Shown here: positions 30,775-40,887 of the stretch, one piece after another
Layout of the letters: each line of letters starts with the position of its first letter
Numbering within the stretch: the first letter of the stretch is position 1
Origin: Nitrosopumilus sp.
Lineage (GTDB): Archaea; Thermoproteota; Nitrososphaeria; Nitrososphaerales; Nitrosopumilaceae
Length of the DNA: 64,000 bases
Direction of reading: 5' to 3'
Assembly: GCA_965214775.1 (NCBI GenBank)
Contig: OZ243974.1
Coordinates: 1,920,001 to 1,984,000 of the forward strand
Notes under the pieces: model-generated
The model's database searches: none
What the model was told of the DNA's origin: nothing
Seen by the model: the letters and a program-made list of their open reading frames with translations, nothing else
Program-made: the position numbers and the translations under genes

Positions 30775-30900
30775 CTACCTGTGCCTCAGCGTCCTGGAGC
30801 ACCCGGGACACTTTACAGGCCTTTTGACGACGGGCTGCCACGAGTGGCCGCACAGCCTCCTTGGAAGTTTTCTTACGGCGGCCTTTCTCCTTGCTGTCAT
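30775..30900 (-). CDS. 41-aa basic zinc-ribbon microprotein (below the ORF track cutoff)
   Basis: MTARRKAAVRKLPRRLCGHSWQPVVKRPVKCPGCSRTLRHR: CGHxW-P...P..CPxC pattern. Confidence 0.55.
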   Translation of the reverse strand: MTARRKAAVRKLPRRLCGHSWQPVVKRPVKCPGCSRTLRHR

Positions 30901-30943
30901 GATTCCGAATATACGCTTCGATTCAAGGGGATGCAGGATGCGG

Positions 30944-31237
30944 CTACTTCCTCTCCGGAAGGCGCTCCTTGAGGATCTTCAGTATCTTCTGGAGTGTGTC
31001 TGACATATCGTCAAGCTTCTCAAGCTTTGCGTCTATGTTGTCAAACCGCTCCATTATCTTGCGCGTGTCATCCTTGGTCAGAAACATGTTGATTATCAAG
31101 AAGAGACTTGCTAATAAGCCGGCGCAGAGCAGCGCGTATGCGGAGGCCGTGTGCGGATGCTCCCAGATTCCTGGTATCATCGCAAAGATTACAAGCGCTA
31201 CAATGATCATGACTACCTTGCCTATCATCACATACAC
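30944..31237 (-). CDS. Small 2-TM + coiled-coil protein
   Basis: KLEKLDDMSDTL; paralog of 28338-28604. Confidence 0.6.
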   Translation of the reverse strand: MYVMIGKVVMIIVALVIFAMIPGIWEHPHTASAYALLCAGLLASLFLIINMFLTKDDTRKIMERFDNIDAKLEKLDDMSDTLQKILKILKERLPERK

Positions 31238-31423
31238 TTATGCGGCCCTCCAGATAGCCTCGCACTTGTCCCGGATCCAACGTGCCATCATGATATACGG
31301 CACGGGGATCCGAATTAACCATTGTGATCGGCGCGCCCTGGTCAAGCCGCGCAGTCAGGGAGGCCGGATCGCCGGCAGAAACCCGAATCCCCCGCCTTAA
31401 AAGCGGGCCGGCAATTTGTCTGC

Positions 31424-32116
31424 ATGCAGAGGGCCAAATATTCAGAGACAAGGATGGTCTGGTTTGCAATCACGCCGCTGATAAACCAGCCGATCTTCAC
31501 GTTCCCGATGGTAGGCTACATCTCCGCGTACCAGGCCATCATCATATTCTTCGTAGGGCTGCCGGCGATGTTCATCACCATGCACGTGACCGGCGAGCTG
31601 TCCCACGGGATACTTCCGTTTCTCGGAATAGTGGGATTCACGATGCTCCGGCCGCCACTGATATCATACGAGGGCAGGCTGCTTGCCAGGCTGAAGTTCA
31701 TGATGCTGGGGGGATCTTCGGGCGGCAGGAGCGTGAAAAAAAATCCAAAGAAAAACATGGGCAGGTACCTCGGGGTTCCGTCGGCAGAAAAGGAGGGACC
31801 GGAGGAGCCTGCGCCGGCGCCTGTCCGGGCAGTCGATGAGCCCATGACGGTCCGAGTCGGCGGGGAGCGCATGATGCAGATAGAGATAACCCTCAGAAAG
31901 CCAGACGGCGGGCTATTTGCAGGCAGGAAGGTAATCATACTGCTCGATGATGCCCCGATACTGACAAGCGTCTCCTCCCCGTCGGGACAGGTAAGAATAT
32001 ACCTGGAAAACGACGAGTGCCACGGCAGCAGGACGCTATCTGTATCGGATACTGCCCCCGACGGCTCTGCCGTCCGGACCCTTCTGACAAAGGAGATAAG
32101 GTTCGTTGGCCAGTAG
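31424..32116 (+). CDS. PrgI/VirB3-like membrane protein with C-terminal Ig-like domain
   Basis: PIF...ISAYQ followed by two TM helices and a basic stretch; first gene of a long coupled operon. Confidence 0.5.
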   Translation: MQRAKYSETRMVWFAITPLINQPIFTFPMVGYISAYQAIIIFFVGLPAMFITMHVTGELSHGILPFLGIVGFTMLRPPLISYEGRLLARLKFMMLGGSSGGRSVKKNPKKNMGRYLGVPSAEKEGPEEPAPAPVRAVDEPMTVRVGGERMMQIEITLRKPDGGLFAGRKVIILLDDAPILTSVSSPSGQVRIYLENDECHGSRTLSVSDTAPDGSAVRTLLTKEIRFVGQ

Positions 32117-34115
32117 CAGGACTGCACAGCTGCTGGCGCTGGCACTCGGACTGACGGTACTGGCATTCCCCCTGGCGTACGGGGATGAGGAAGAGGACAT
32201 GGTACGCCGGGTGCTTGCGATGCATGACAGGTGGGATCCGCAGGCAGAGCCAGGGGACAGGTACGTCTACCTGGTCTGCCAAAAGGCGGCAACATGCTAC
32301 AATCTGGATCTTGTCGCCCTGGACGCATCTGGGGATACGGCAACATGGAACGCCACGGTAACTGACGTGCTGGGACACTACAAGTACGACGGTGACGGGA
32401 CGGCATACAGGGGATTCGTGCCGGCAGGAGAGGTAGATGACGACATGTTCATGATATCATTCGAGGACACGTCAGATGTCCGCGAGCCGTTCCAGATAAT
32501 GCACGACGGCAGGCTTCACTCCATACGGGAGACTCCGGGATTCCACACGAGTGCGGACATGCGCTCGATACAGGACACGCTGCTGTTCGTGGGCGGAAAC
32601 GTGAGGATTGGCGACGGCGAGCGACTCCAGCACCGGCCCATACTTGAGACGGGGGAGGTCTGGACGCGCCAGGGATACCCCCGGATGATGGTAGACGGCA
32701 CCAGCTCCTCGTATACCTTTGATGGAATGACGCACACGGGCAAGTTCTGGAGGCTCTCATACCATTCGGACGCAAAGACCGCCGACATCCTGCTCATGCC
32801 GGAGCTCGTCTTTCCAGTATCGGTCACCATAACGGCAGACTATGACGAGATCAGAGACGATCCGGCGATAAGTCACGGGTTCTGGCTGCGGATGATCCAG
32901 GGCCCGGGAATCGGCGAGGACGCGGGAGGACCGGCAGCAGAGAACCTGCAAAAGCCAGAAGCGCCAGATGCCGTCGTGACGGGACAGGACGACACGCCAC
33001 CTGCAGCAGGGACTCCGGGAGGGGGGACTTTCACTGATCCGGCAGACCATGCCATCATTGACGAGATTACCGGCATTCCGGAAATGATAGCAGACCTCAT
33101 ATCCGATCTGATTGCGCCTCCGGGCGGGCAGGACGGGACCGGTGGTGATGCGGTGAAAGAGGGCGTGGCGCCGACAAGGCAGCAACCGTCAGAGGCGTTC
33201 AGGACCGACAGGGAATTGTACGATCACGGTGACACCGTAACGTTATACGGAACAACAGACTCGCAGTCGCCGATACAGGTTACAGCATACTCCGCAGACG
33301 GGACCGGCGTGGCATCCTTTGTGGCGGAGCCGGACGGGTCGGGGCGGTGGTCGCTCGGAGTGGGGACGGGGACATGGGACGGAATCCACGGGCAGATTAC
33401 GGCCACGATGACGCAGGACTCGGACACGCACAGCATTACATTTGCGCTGGGGCCGCAGATAAAACTGTCTGTTGATGGCAGGGCTGTGACAGAGTGGGAG
33501 ATAGGGGAGAACTATGTCACCGCAGTCATGCTTGCAGGCAGCTCAGAGTCGGCGACGATAGCGTTTCCGCGCGCAGGCCTTGACAGCAGGACAGGCGGCG
33601 AGGACGCGGGGTTTGACGTCTTTGTCGACGGCAGGGCCGCAGAATACGTGGATGCCTCAGACGAGACGCACAGGATACTCGTGATATCCGGCCTTCCACG
33701 GGCAGAGCACCTGGTGGACATATTCCAGCTGGGGGCAGACGTGGCAGAGTGCGCAGGAGAGGCATCGTGCCTGTCGGGAACGGTGGCCGACGTCATCGAC
33801 GGCGACACAATAAGGATGCATGACGGGACAAGGATCAGGCTGGCACTGGTGTCGGCGCCGGAGATATTCGAGCCCGGCGGACAGGAGGCAAAGGAGGCGG
33901 TACTGGACGTATGCCCGCCGGGAGCCAGGGTCACGGTGGACGAGGACGACGGGCAGACATCCGGCAGCTATGGCAGAACCATAGGGGTCGTATACTGCGA
34001 GTCGATAAACCTCAACCGCCACCTGCTCTCGGGCCTTTACGCAAGGATAAGCCCGGAGTTCTGCGGGATAAGCGAGTTCTCCGGCACCGACTGGGCAGTC
34101 GCATACGGGTGCTGA
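32106..34115 (+). CDS. Secreted protein with C-terminal thermonuclease (SNase) domain
   Basis: Signal peptide; VIDGDTI...RIRLALVSAPE...YGRTIGVVYC. Confidence 0.85.
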   Translation: MASSRTAQLLALALGLTVLAFPLAYGDEEEDMVRRVLAMHDRWDPQAEPGDRYVYLVCQKAATCYNLDLVALDASGDTATWNATVTDVLGHYKYDGDGTAYRGFVPAGEVDDDMFMISFEDTSDVREPFQIMHDGRLHSIRETPGFHTSADMRSIQDTLLFVGGNVRIGDGERLQHRPILETGEVWTRQGYPRMMVDGTSSSYTFDGMTHTGKFWRLSYHSDAKTADILLMPELVFPVSVTITADYDEIRDDPAISHGFWLRMIQGPGIGEDAGGPAAENLQKPEAPDAVVTGQDDTPPAAGTPGGGTFTDPADHAIIDEITGIPEMIADLISDLIAPPGGQDGTGGDAVKEGVAPTRQQPSEAFRTDRELYDHGDTVTLYGTTDSQSPIQVTAYSADGTGVASFVAEPDGSGRWSLGVGTGTWDGIHGQITATMTQDSDTHSITFALGPQIKLSVDGRAVTEWEIGENYVTAVMLAGSSESATIAFPRAGLDSRTGGEDAGFDVFVDGRAAEYVDASDETHRILVISGLPRAEHLVDIFQLGADVAECAGEASCLSGTVADVIDGDTIRMHDGTRIRLALVSAPEIFEPGGQEAKEAVLDVCPPGARVTVDEDDGQTSGSYGRTIGVVYCESINLNRHLLSGLYARISPEFCGISEFSGTDWAVAYGC

Positions 34116-34117
34116 CG

Positions 34118-35530
34118 ATGGCAAGAAAGTGGTTTGAGCTAAAGCCGTTTCAGACAGACTCGGACTCGGCATCTGTCGAGAACCTGGACCGCATAATCGA
34201 CCACCTGGACAAGATGCTGCTGGTCATATACAGGGACGCAGAAGGCACGGTCCGGATATATGTCAGGACGGACGACTCGTACTCGGCGGTGCTCACCACT
34301 CTTGAGGGAATAGAGGCAGTTGCCACGCAGGACAACCTGGGGCCCGACATGGGCGGGCTGCATTACACAAAGTATGCAATGAAGCGACACTGTGCCAACC
34401 CCATATCCCCAAAGACGATGGTCAGCGCCTCCATATACAGGATAATCACAAAGACCTCGGGGCGGGCGTTTCTGGCAGTGTATCTGCGGAGGACGCAGAC
34501 CCCGATGCAGATAAAGCAGTACATCTCGATGCTTGATGCGGGCCAGAATCCAGAGTCGATGTTTCACGGGGTGCTCACGGGCCCGCACGGTATATTTGGC
34601 GGGGAGGCAGGCAAGAAGACCGCCCTCAAGATGCAGAAGATGGCGCTTGCGCGCGAAAAGATCGCGACCAGGAACCTCTTCATGTGCAGAATCATAACCG
34701 GCGTCAGCACCAAAAGGGACGAAAAGACGCTGCGCTCGGTGTTTCCTACGGGCGCGCTGGCAGGAAAGAGCATGGGCGAGAAGGGCCTGGAGGCTGCAAT
34801 ATCGGGGAACATCTCCCAGCCGTTCTTCGGGGGGAACCGCTCGGTCATACTCAACGACGAGGAGCTTCACTCGTTTCTGTCAATGCCGTCAAACAGGGAC
34901 ATTGACACCGTGGAGTTTGATCAGGGGCGCATGCCAAGCTCCTCCTCCGGGCTTGTCGAGGGGACGGTGCCCATCCCGGGCGCCGGGGCAGTCGGGGAGC
35001 CGCCGGCAGAACCTGCCAGTCATAAGAAAAAGGCGGCAGGAGGGCTGTTCGGATTCCTGAGAAAAAAGGCGGCAGAGGACGTGCCAATACTCCAGGAGTC
35101 AAGCGAGATAAGCTGCAAGCTGGTAGGAGGAGGAGAAGGAGAAGCGTCAGGCGACAACATCTCAGAACAGAAAAACTGGGATGGGGATCCTACAGATGAG
35201 ACCGTTTCCGGAGATGGCAGCCTGCAGGCAGAACAGGATGACTCTTCTGGCAGAGCAGGAACCGTGGATGCACGGCCGGCGGCAAGTCCGGACGCAGACA
35301 AAGGGATGCCGTTGAGCGAACCCGAGCCGGCGGCAAGTCCGGACGCAGACAACAGTGACGGGGTGACGTTTGCAGACGGCCTGATGACGGGGGAAGAAGA
35401 TACACGGAACTCCGATGCAGAGACCAAAGCCGTCATAATCAGGATTTCGGGCCAGGACGCGCACGAGTTTGTCGCAAGCATCATAATGACGGCAAAAAAG
35501 TACAGAGTCAGCCTGAGCTGCGACCGGTGA
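34118..35530 (+). CDS. Protein resembling the N-terminal accessory domain of long VirD4-like ATPases, with acidic disordered tail
   Basis: Start MARKWFELKP; EKI...F.CRI...ILNDEELHSFLSMP pattern recalled from such proteins. Confidence 0.55.
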   Translation: MARKWFELKPFQTDSDSASVENLDRIIDHLDKMLLVIYRDAEGTVRIYVRTDDSYSAVLTTLEGIEAVATQDNLGPDMGGLHYTKYAMKRHCANPISPKTMVSASIYRIITKTSGRAFLAVYLRRTQTPMQIKQYISMLDAGQNPESMFHGVLTGPHGIFGGEAGKKTALKMQKMALAREKIATRNLFMCRIITGVSTKRDEKTLRSVFPTGALAGKSMGEKGLEAAISGNISQPFFGGNRSVILNDEELHSFLSMPSNRDIDTVEFDQGRMPSSSSGLVEGTVPIPGAGAVGEPPAEPASHKKKAAGGLFGFLRKKAAEDVPILQESSEISCKLVGGGEGEASGDNISEQKNWDGDPTDETVSGDGSLQAEQDDSSGRAGTVDARPAASPDADKGMPLSEPEPAASPDADNSDGVTFADGLMTGEEDTRNSDAETKAVIIRISGQDAHEFVASIIMTAKKYRVSLSCDR

Positions 35531-35606
35531 GACGGGCCTCCCCGGCACCGCAAAGGCAGGATCAGATTTAAGGCCTCCCTTTTATTCTGAGGGTTGTTTT
35601 TCAGGC

Positions 35607-35918
35607 ATGATAGTGCTCGTTATAGTGGCGATGGTAATCATATTTCTGGCCATAGGGTCTGCCGGAAACTACTTTTTGCACCGCGATGACGTCGCCCAGA
35701 CAAGGGAGGAGTCTGCCGAGACCATAAACGAACGCATGAGGGAGGACATCACGGCGTCCCTTGACACCGGAGGAAACATCGTCATAGACGACAGGTGGGA
35801 CGGTGGCAGCGAGATCCAGGGCATAATGATCCGCTGCGACAACGGGACGATGTTCACGGCGCCTGCCGGCCAGGACAATACGAAGGTGATGGAGGAGCTG
35901 TCGCTGAAATGCGGATAA
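35607..35918 (+). CDS. Small membrane-anchored protein (minor pilin-like)
   Basis: N-terminal hydrophobic helix and a short Cys-containing globular domain. Confidence 0.55.
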   Translation: MIVLVIVAMVIIFLAIGSAGNYFLHRDDVAQTREESAETINERMREDITASLDTGGNIVIDDRWDGGSEIQGIMIRCDNGTMFTAPAGQDNTKVMEELSLKCG

Positions 35919-38900
35919 TACATGCATTACTGGCCGCAGTCCTGATCACCGCATCATCCCCGCCGCTCGTCCACGCCCAGCTGGGAGGAGACGACCAGCT
36001 GCCGCTATCGCCGGACGGCGTGTTCTCGCTGCATGTACCGCACGTGATGATCGCCGACTCCCAGTACGAGGGAATGGTGCTTCTTGAGAGCCCGCGCGAC
36101 TCGGACTATGTGATAAACCTGGCATCAGACAGCAGGAACGTCAGGATTCCGCAGTCCATAACGATACCTGCAGGCCAGAACCACGCCATATTCGGGATAG
36201 AGGCTGACGCCCCCTACGACGGGGCCGCACTGGTGCACGGGGTGACATCCGAGTACTCTGCCGTGGCCGATACCAGACTCTACTCGATATCAGAGAGCCC
36301 GACGTCGATACTTCTCGTGGCCCCGGGGGTCGGGCCGGCAGTCGGAGCGGCGCAGGGGCCGAACCCAGGCACGCTGCGTACCTCGGCAGAGATTGTACCG
36401 ATGAAGGTGGTCCTGGCAAACAACTACGGGCTGCCGATCCGGGTAGAGGCAGACACAAGGGTGACGCTTACCTCGTCGGCAGGGGTAGAGTTCTCCTCAA
36501 GCTATACGGGCTTCGAGCAGAGCCACGAGATAACGATTCCTGCCGGCGAGTTCATGGCAGACATCAAGGCAAGGGTGTACGGGGACGGCACGGCGTACGC
36601 GGTATCCGACTCGCTCCTTCCAGCGGCGCTGCCTGTCAACTATGTCAGGGAGGAGCCCCGGCTCAACCTGCAGGTTGCCCCGGTACCGGCCGCCTCAGGA
36701 TCGGCTGCGAGGTACTTTGTGTGGATAGAGCTTGCCGGAAGCCTGTACATTCCTACCGAGACAGTGTTCGTGACTCTCACGTCGGGGAGCAATGACCACC
36801 TGGTGTTTAATCCGAGCGATTTTAACGCTGCCGGCTCCGGAAGCACGGCGCACGTGGTGATATCTCCGGGGAGGGAGGTGGCAAGCGGACTCGTATACGC
36901 AGGCGATCCAACGGAGGAGGACACGCTGGTATCTGTCACTGCCACCTCAGAGTCAATCGAGTCAGCAACAGAGCTTGTGGCAATAGCAGAGTTGGAAGGC
37001 GGAGGTACATTCACGCAGTCAAGCCGGCCGGCAGTGGATCATGTGGACGCAATATGCCTCTGGGTCAACCCCCTGAGCCCATCCAGGTCGGGGTGGATAA
37101 CTGCCGGGCTGTTTTATACGAACAGCACCACGGGGCTGGACTTTCAGTGCTACCAGGAGCACGAGGAGGTGAACGCAGAAGACGAGATAATTCCGGTAAG
37201 GCTCATAGATAGCGGGCTTGAGGAGCACGACATAGTGGGCCTCATCGAGCACACGCAGGGAATATCAATTGAAAGAAGGCCGGCAACAGTCCAGGCAAAC
37301 ACGTATCCTGCAACGTCTGCGGACTTTGAGTTCCGTGTCCTTGACTATGGCGCGCAGTCGGCATCAGCCGGCCTCGGGGGGGACGGGGGGGCGGCCCGGT
37401 TCACCACGGCACCCCCGTACGGCACGGACAACAGGATAACGCTGTCGGCCATACCCATCATCCAGGGCGCGCACGGCGACATTGCATACGTGTACGTCGA
37501 GAACATATCGCTTGCATCGGTATCAGACGGCTCGCTGGCAGACACGGACAGCGTCCTGGTGACCGAGTTTGGCGACTCGATTCTGGATCTGTCGGTAAGC
37601 CCGCTGTGGACGGGCAGCACAAGCACGGTCCGGGGAACGTACGTCGGCGACTCTGAGGTGCTGATAACGGCGGTTGGAACCGGCGTGATGTCGGCAGAAC
37701 CCCTGGCGTACTCTGTGTTCGGCACAAGCCGGACCATAGACGTGTGGATGCCGAACATGGTAAACACCGACTCCGAGTTTCCGGTGTCCATCCACGCCAT
37801 GAACGACGCGGGTGTTCCCGTGGCCAAGATACCTGCCGGTGCCGTAAGGATATCGACTGCCGACGGGGAGATCTCGATCCGTGATCACGACAGGCAGCAC
37901 ACGATCATCAGGGGGACGATAGGCATGGACGGCGCAGGATACATGAGCGTCATCTCGGATGACGGGCACATAACCGAGTTCGGGTTCTCAAGCTTCTCAA
38001 ACGCGGCAGATGACGTCAGCGTGGAGTCGCTCTCCCCGGACGTGATACAGCTGGGCAGCGAGATATTCCTGGATCTGCTTACGGGCTCGATGACGAATCC
38101 CGACATATCAATACTGTCGGATCTTGACTTTGTGAGGGACGCGGACACCGGCAAGTATGCAGCCAGGCCGGACAGGCCGGGAACGTACACTGCCACCATC
38201 CTCGTCGACAAGGACGGGTGGGAGAGGCATGCCACAGATCTGAAATGGGAGGTAGAGCACATGGTAGAGGTGACGTTTCAGACGGTCACCGACGACGGCG
38301 TGGGCCTTGATCTTGACATGACCATAGTGTCTGCCAAGGGAGAGGAGACCACGGTGCCGAGCGGCGTTTACGGGAACACGAGGGCAGGCGTCAACACTGT
38401 AAGCATACCACTCCAGCACAGCTTCGGAGCAGACCGCACGTACAACCTAAAGGAGATGCGCGCAAACGGGGAGGAAATCCAGACGCTTGGAAGCGGGACG
38501 GTGCAGATAACAGAAGATACCGTATTCACGGCAATATACCAGCGCGAGATAGAGGTCAGCTTTGTGCCGTTCATAGACACGGATTCGGATGCGGCCATTG
38601 ACGCAGAGATAGACGGCAACGGGGTCTACAGGTACGGCGATGCGGTACGGCTGACTGCGCCGCCGGTGCCAGAATGGTTCGGGCTGGTGTGGCACGTTCC
38701 CGACAGGTGGGTCACCGACGACATTGACGCAAGAGGCGACGGCGGAAGCATGAGGTTTGAGGCGGTCACCTCGGTATCGGGACATGTAGAGTACTCCAGG
38801 AACCACACGGCGCTCATGGCGCTCATAGTGTCGGCCACGACTGTTCCGGTCATTCTGATATGGAAAAAGTCGCCAGAGACGTTCCTTGACATCAGGGACT

Positions 38901-39028
38901 TTGTCGTAAGGGCGCGCCGGAGCCTTGCTGCAAAAAAGAGGAAGCCAAAGGCAGGGCGACAAGAGAAGAAGGGGGAGAAAAAGGCATCAATACTGTCAAG
39001 GATGCCGTTTGGGAGGCGATCAAAGTGA
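35909..39028 (+). CDS. Large acidic cell-surface protein (signal peptide, beta-rich, C-terminal TM and basic tail)
   Basis: MRIIHALLAAVL...VHA signal; TM TALMALIVSATTVPVILIW. Confidence 0.8.
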   Translation: MRIIHALLAAVLITASSPPLVHAQLGGDDQLPLSPDGVFSLHVPHVMIADSQYEGMVLLESPRDSDYVINLASDSRNVRIPQSITIPAGQNHAIFGIEADAPYDGAALVHGVTSEYSAVADTRLYSISESPTSILLVAPGVGPAVGAAQGPNPGTLRTSAEIVPMKVVLANNYGLPIRVEADTRVTLTSSAGVEFSSSYTGFEQSHEITIPAGEFMADIKARVYGDGTAYAVSDSLLPAALPVNYVREEPRLNLQVAPVPAASGSAARYFVWIELAGSLYIPTETVFVTLTSGSNDHLVFNPSDFNAAGSGSTAHVVISPGREVASGLVYAGDPTEEDTLVSVTATSESIESATELVAIAELEGGGTFTQSSRPAVDHVDAICLWVNPLSPSRSGWITAGLFYTNSTTGLDFQCYQEHEEVNAEDEIIPVRLIDSGLEEHDIVGLIEHTQGISIERRPATVQANTYPATSADFEFRVLDYGAQSASAGLGGDGGAARFTTAPPYGTDNRITLSAIPIIQGAHGDIAYVYVENISLASVSDGSLADTDSVLVTEFGDSILDLSVSPLWTGSTSTVRGTYVGDSEVLITAVGTGVMSAEPLAYSVFGTSRTIDVWMPNMVNTDSEFPVSIHAMNDAGVPVAKIPAGAVRISTADGEISIRDHDRQHTIIRGTIGMDGAGYMSVISDDGHITEFGFSSFSNAADDVSVESLSPDVIQLGSEIFLDLLTGSMTNPDISILSDLDFVRDADTGKYAARPDRPGTYTATILVDKDGWERHATDLKWEVEHMVEVTFQTVTDDGVGLDLDMTIVSAKGEETTVPSGVYGNTRAGVNTVSIPLQHSFGADRTYNLKEMRANGEEIQTLGSGTVQITEDTVFTAIYQREIEVSFVPFIDTDSDAAIDAEIDGNGVYRYGDAVRLTAPPVPEWFGLVWHVPDRWVTDDIDARGDGGSMRFEAVTSVSGHVEYSRNHTALMALIVSATTVPVILIWKKSPETFLDIRDFVVRARRSLAAKKRKPKAGRQEKKGEKKASILSRMPFGRRSK

Positions 39029-40887
39029 CTGTCATGGCAGTAGTAGCAGTAGTGGTGACAGCCGTCCTGCTGTGCGCTGCCGCGTCCCTTGCATTGCCTG
39101 CCGCATACGCCTCGTGCCAGAGCATAGAGGAGTGCAAGTATGTCAACCTGTTCGGAGAGCGCAAGGCCGAGCTGTTCCTGCCACAGGAGACCATCATACT
39201 GACAGGCGGCACGCATCACATCCTCATAGCAGGAACCGTCCCGGAGGGGGTCTCCGGGGTTCCCGTGACAATCGAGATTGAGGCCCCGGACGGCACCGTC
39301 GCGACCTCGGCGGTCCGCGCAACGACAGACGGCGTGTTTCAGCTGCTTCACGGCATCGAGTCCACGCGACACATGGCAGGCATACATGCGGTATACGTCT
39401 CGTACATCACAGGCGAGGACATCGAGACAAGTCTAAAGTCGGGCATATTCAACACCGTGCTGCAGGGGAAGGCAGATCACACCGTAATAATACTGGACGG
39501 ATCAAGCGGGTGCCAGAAGGACGACTCGTGCTATATAGACGGCGACCTGAAGGTGACGGCAGGGCAGACAGTCCAGTGGATAAACGAGAGCGGCCAGGCC
39601 CACAAGATACGGGCGGCGGCAGTAGGAACGGCAGGCGGGCCCATATCTGCAGTCGAATCGTCTGATACCGGGGGATTCTTTGACACGGGCATAATACCGC
39701 CGGGAGGCGATGCCATACTGGAATTTGACGGAGAAAGCATGCGGGGGATATACTCGTGCATGTTCCATCCGTGGATGGAGGCCACCATAAGCGTCACAAA
39801 GCCGGCCGAAAAGGCAGTCTCCATAACCCCCGATACGGTGGTGGACCTCAAGGAGGACGGGCCGTCTGCGACGTCAGTCAGGGGAAGCGTCCTGTTTGAG
39901 GGCGGCACCGCATATCATACGTCGGGGGACAGGATCGAGATTGACATAATATACGCCGGATTCTCCACGCGCGGCTCGCAGGTATCGCTGTCCTCTCCGG
40001 ACGGGTCCGAAATTACCGACAGGTTTGTCGCAAGCGAGGGGAAAAAGTCATCGTGGAGCATGATAACGCAGCCGACATGGGAGCCGGGGAAATACACGCT
40101 AAACGTAGATCCCCGGGGCAGCGTTCCCCGGACGCAGCTGACACTCCACATCGGACAGCACGAGTCCATCCGGTGCGAGGGCATACCTGCAGGAAACCTG
40201 ACTGCCCACGGGCCAAAGAACTCCCCGTGCTATGCGTCCACAGTAGGCAGGGTGGTGGATCATGACACCCTGACCATAGGCGGCAAGAAGGTGACGCTGG
40301 AGGCAGTCAGGATAACTGCCGGCAATTCCACCGAAAAAAGGAATGCAATGGATACGATTGCAGGAATCTGCCAGGAGGGCAGCATAGTGGTGGTGGATGC
40401 CGGAAACGGCATCATTCCGTCAAGGAACAGCAGGACGGTCACCGGTGCCGTATACTGTGAGGAGAACCCAAGGACTCTCAACGAGCAGATGATGGATGCC
40501 GGCATCGCATCACTTGACATGAAGGCGTGCGAGACGACGGAGTTTGCGTGGGGCAGGTGTCCTCCGCCTCCCCTTTCTCCGGAAGAAACTGCAAAAGACC
40601 GCAATGCCGCAAATGACGAAAACCCGGGCTCCCTGGACAACTGCATGATAGCGCTTGCCACTCGCGGCACGCCGCTTGCAGAGAGCGTGCAGCTGCTGCG
40701 GGAGTACCGGCAGGAGGCCGCATCCACGGTCTACGGGGCGGCCCTGGTGGATGCGGCCCATGCGGCATACTATGTCGTATCCCCGTCGATCACAGAAGCC
40801 ATAAGGGGAGGATACATCCCAGGCGAGGCGGCATATGCGGCAGTATACGTGCCTGTCCTGGTAGGTGGTGCGCTTGCTGCGCGGTGA
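39025..40887 (+). CDS. Secreted cupredoxin + degenerate SNase + CFI-box-CTERM-like protein
   Basis: AGQTVQWINESGQAH...YSCMFHPWM; VVDHDTL; CMIALATRGTPLAESVQLLREYR. Confidence 0.8.
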   Translation: MTVMAVVAVVVTAVLLCAAASLALPAAYASCQSIEECKYVNLFGERKAELFLPQETIILTGGTHHILIAGTVPEGVSGVPVTIEIEAPDGTVATSAVRATTDGVFQLLHGIESTRHMAGIHAVYVSYITGEDIETSLKSGIFNTVLQGKADHTVIILDGSSGCQKDDSCYIDGDLKVTAGQTVQWINESGQAHKIRAAAVGTAGGPISAVESSDTGGFFDTGIIPPGGDAILEFDGESMRGIYSCMFHPWMEATISVTKPAEKAVSITPDTVVDLKEDGPSATSVRGSVLFEGGTAYHTSGDRIEIDIIYAGFSTRGSQVSLSSPDGSEITDRFVASEGKKSSWSMITQPTWEPGKYTLNVDPRGSVPRTQLTLHIGQHESIRCEGIPAGNLTAHGPKNSPCYASTVGRVVDHDTLTIGGKKVTLEAVRITAGNSTEKRNAMDTIAGICQEGSIVVVDAGNGIIPSRNSRTVTGAVYCEENPRTLNEQMMDAGIASLDMKACETTEFAWGRCPPPPLSPEETAKDRNAANDENPGSLDNCMIALATRGTPLAESVQLLREYRQEAASTVYGAALVDAAHAAYYVVSPSITEAIRGGYIPGEAAYAAVYVPVLVGGALAAR

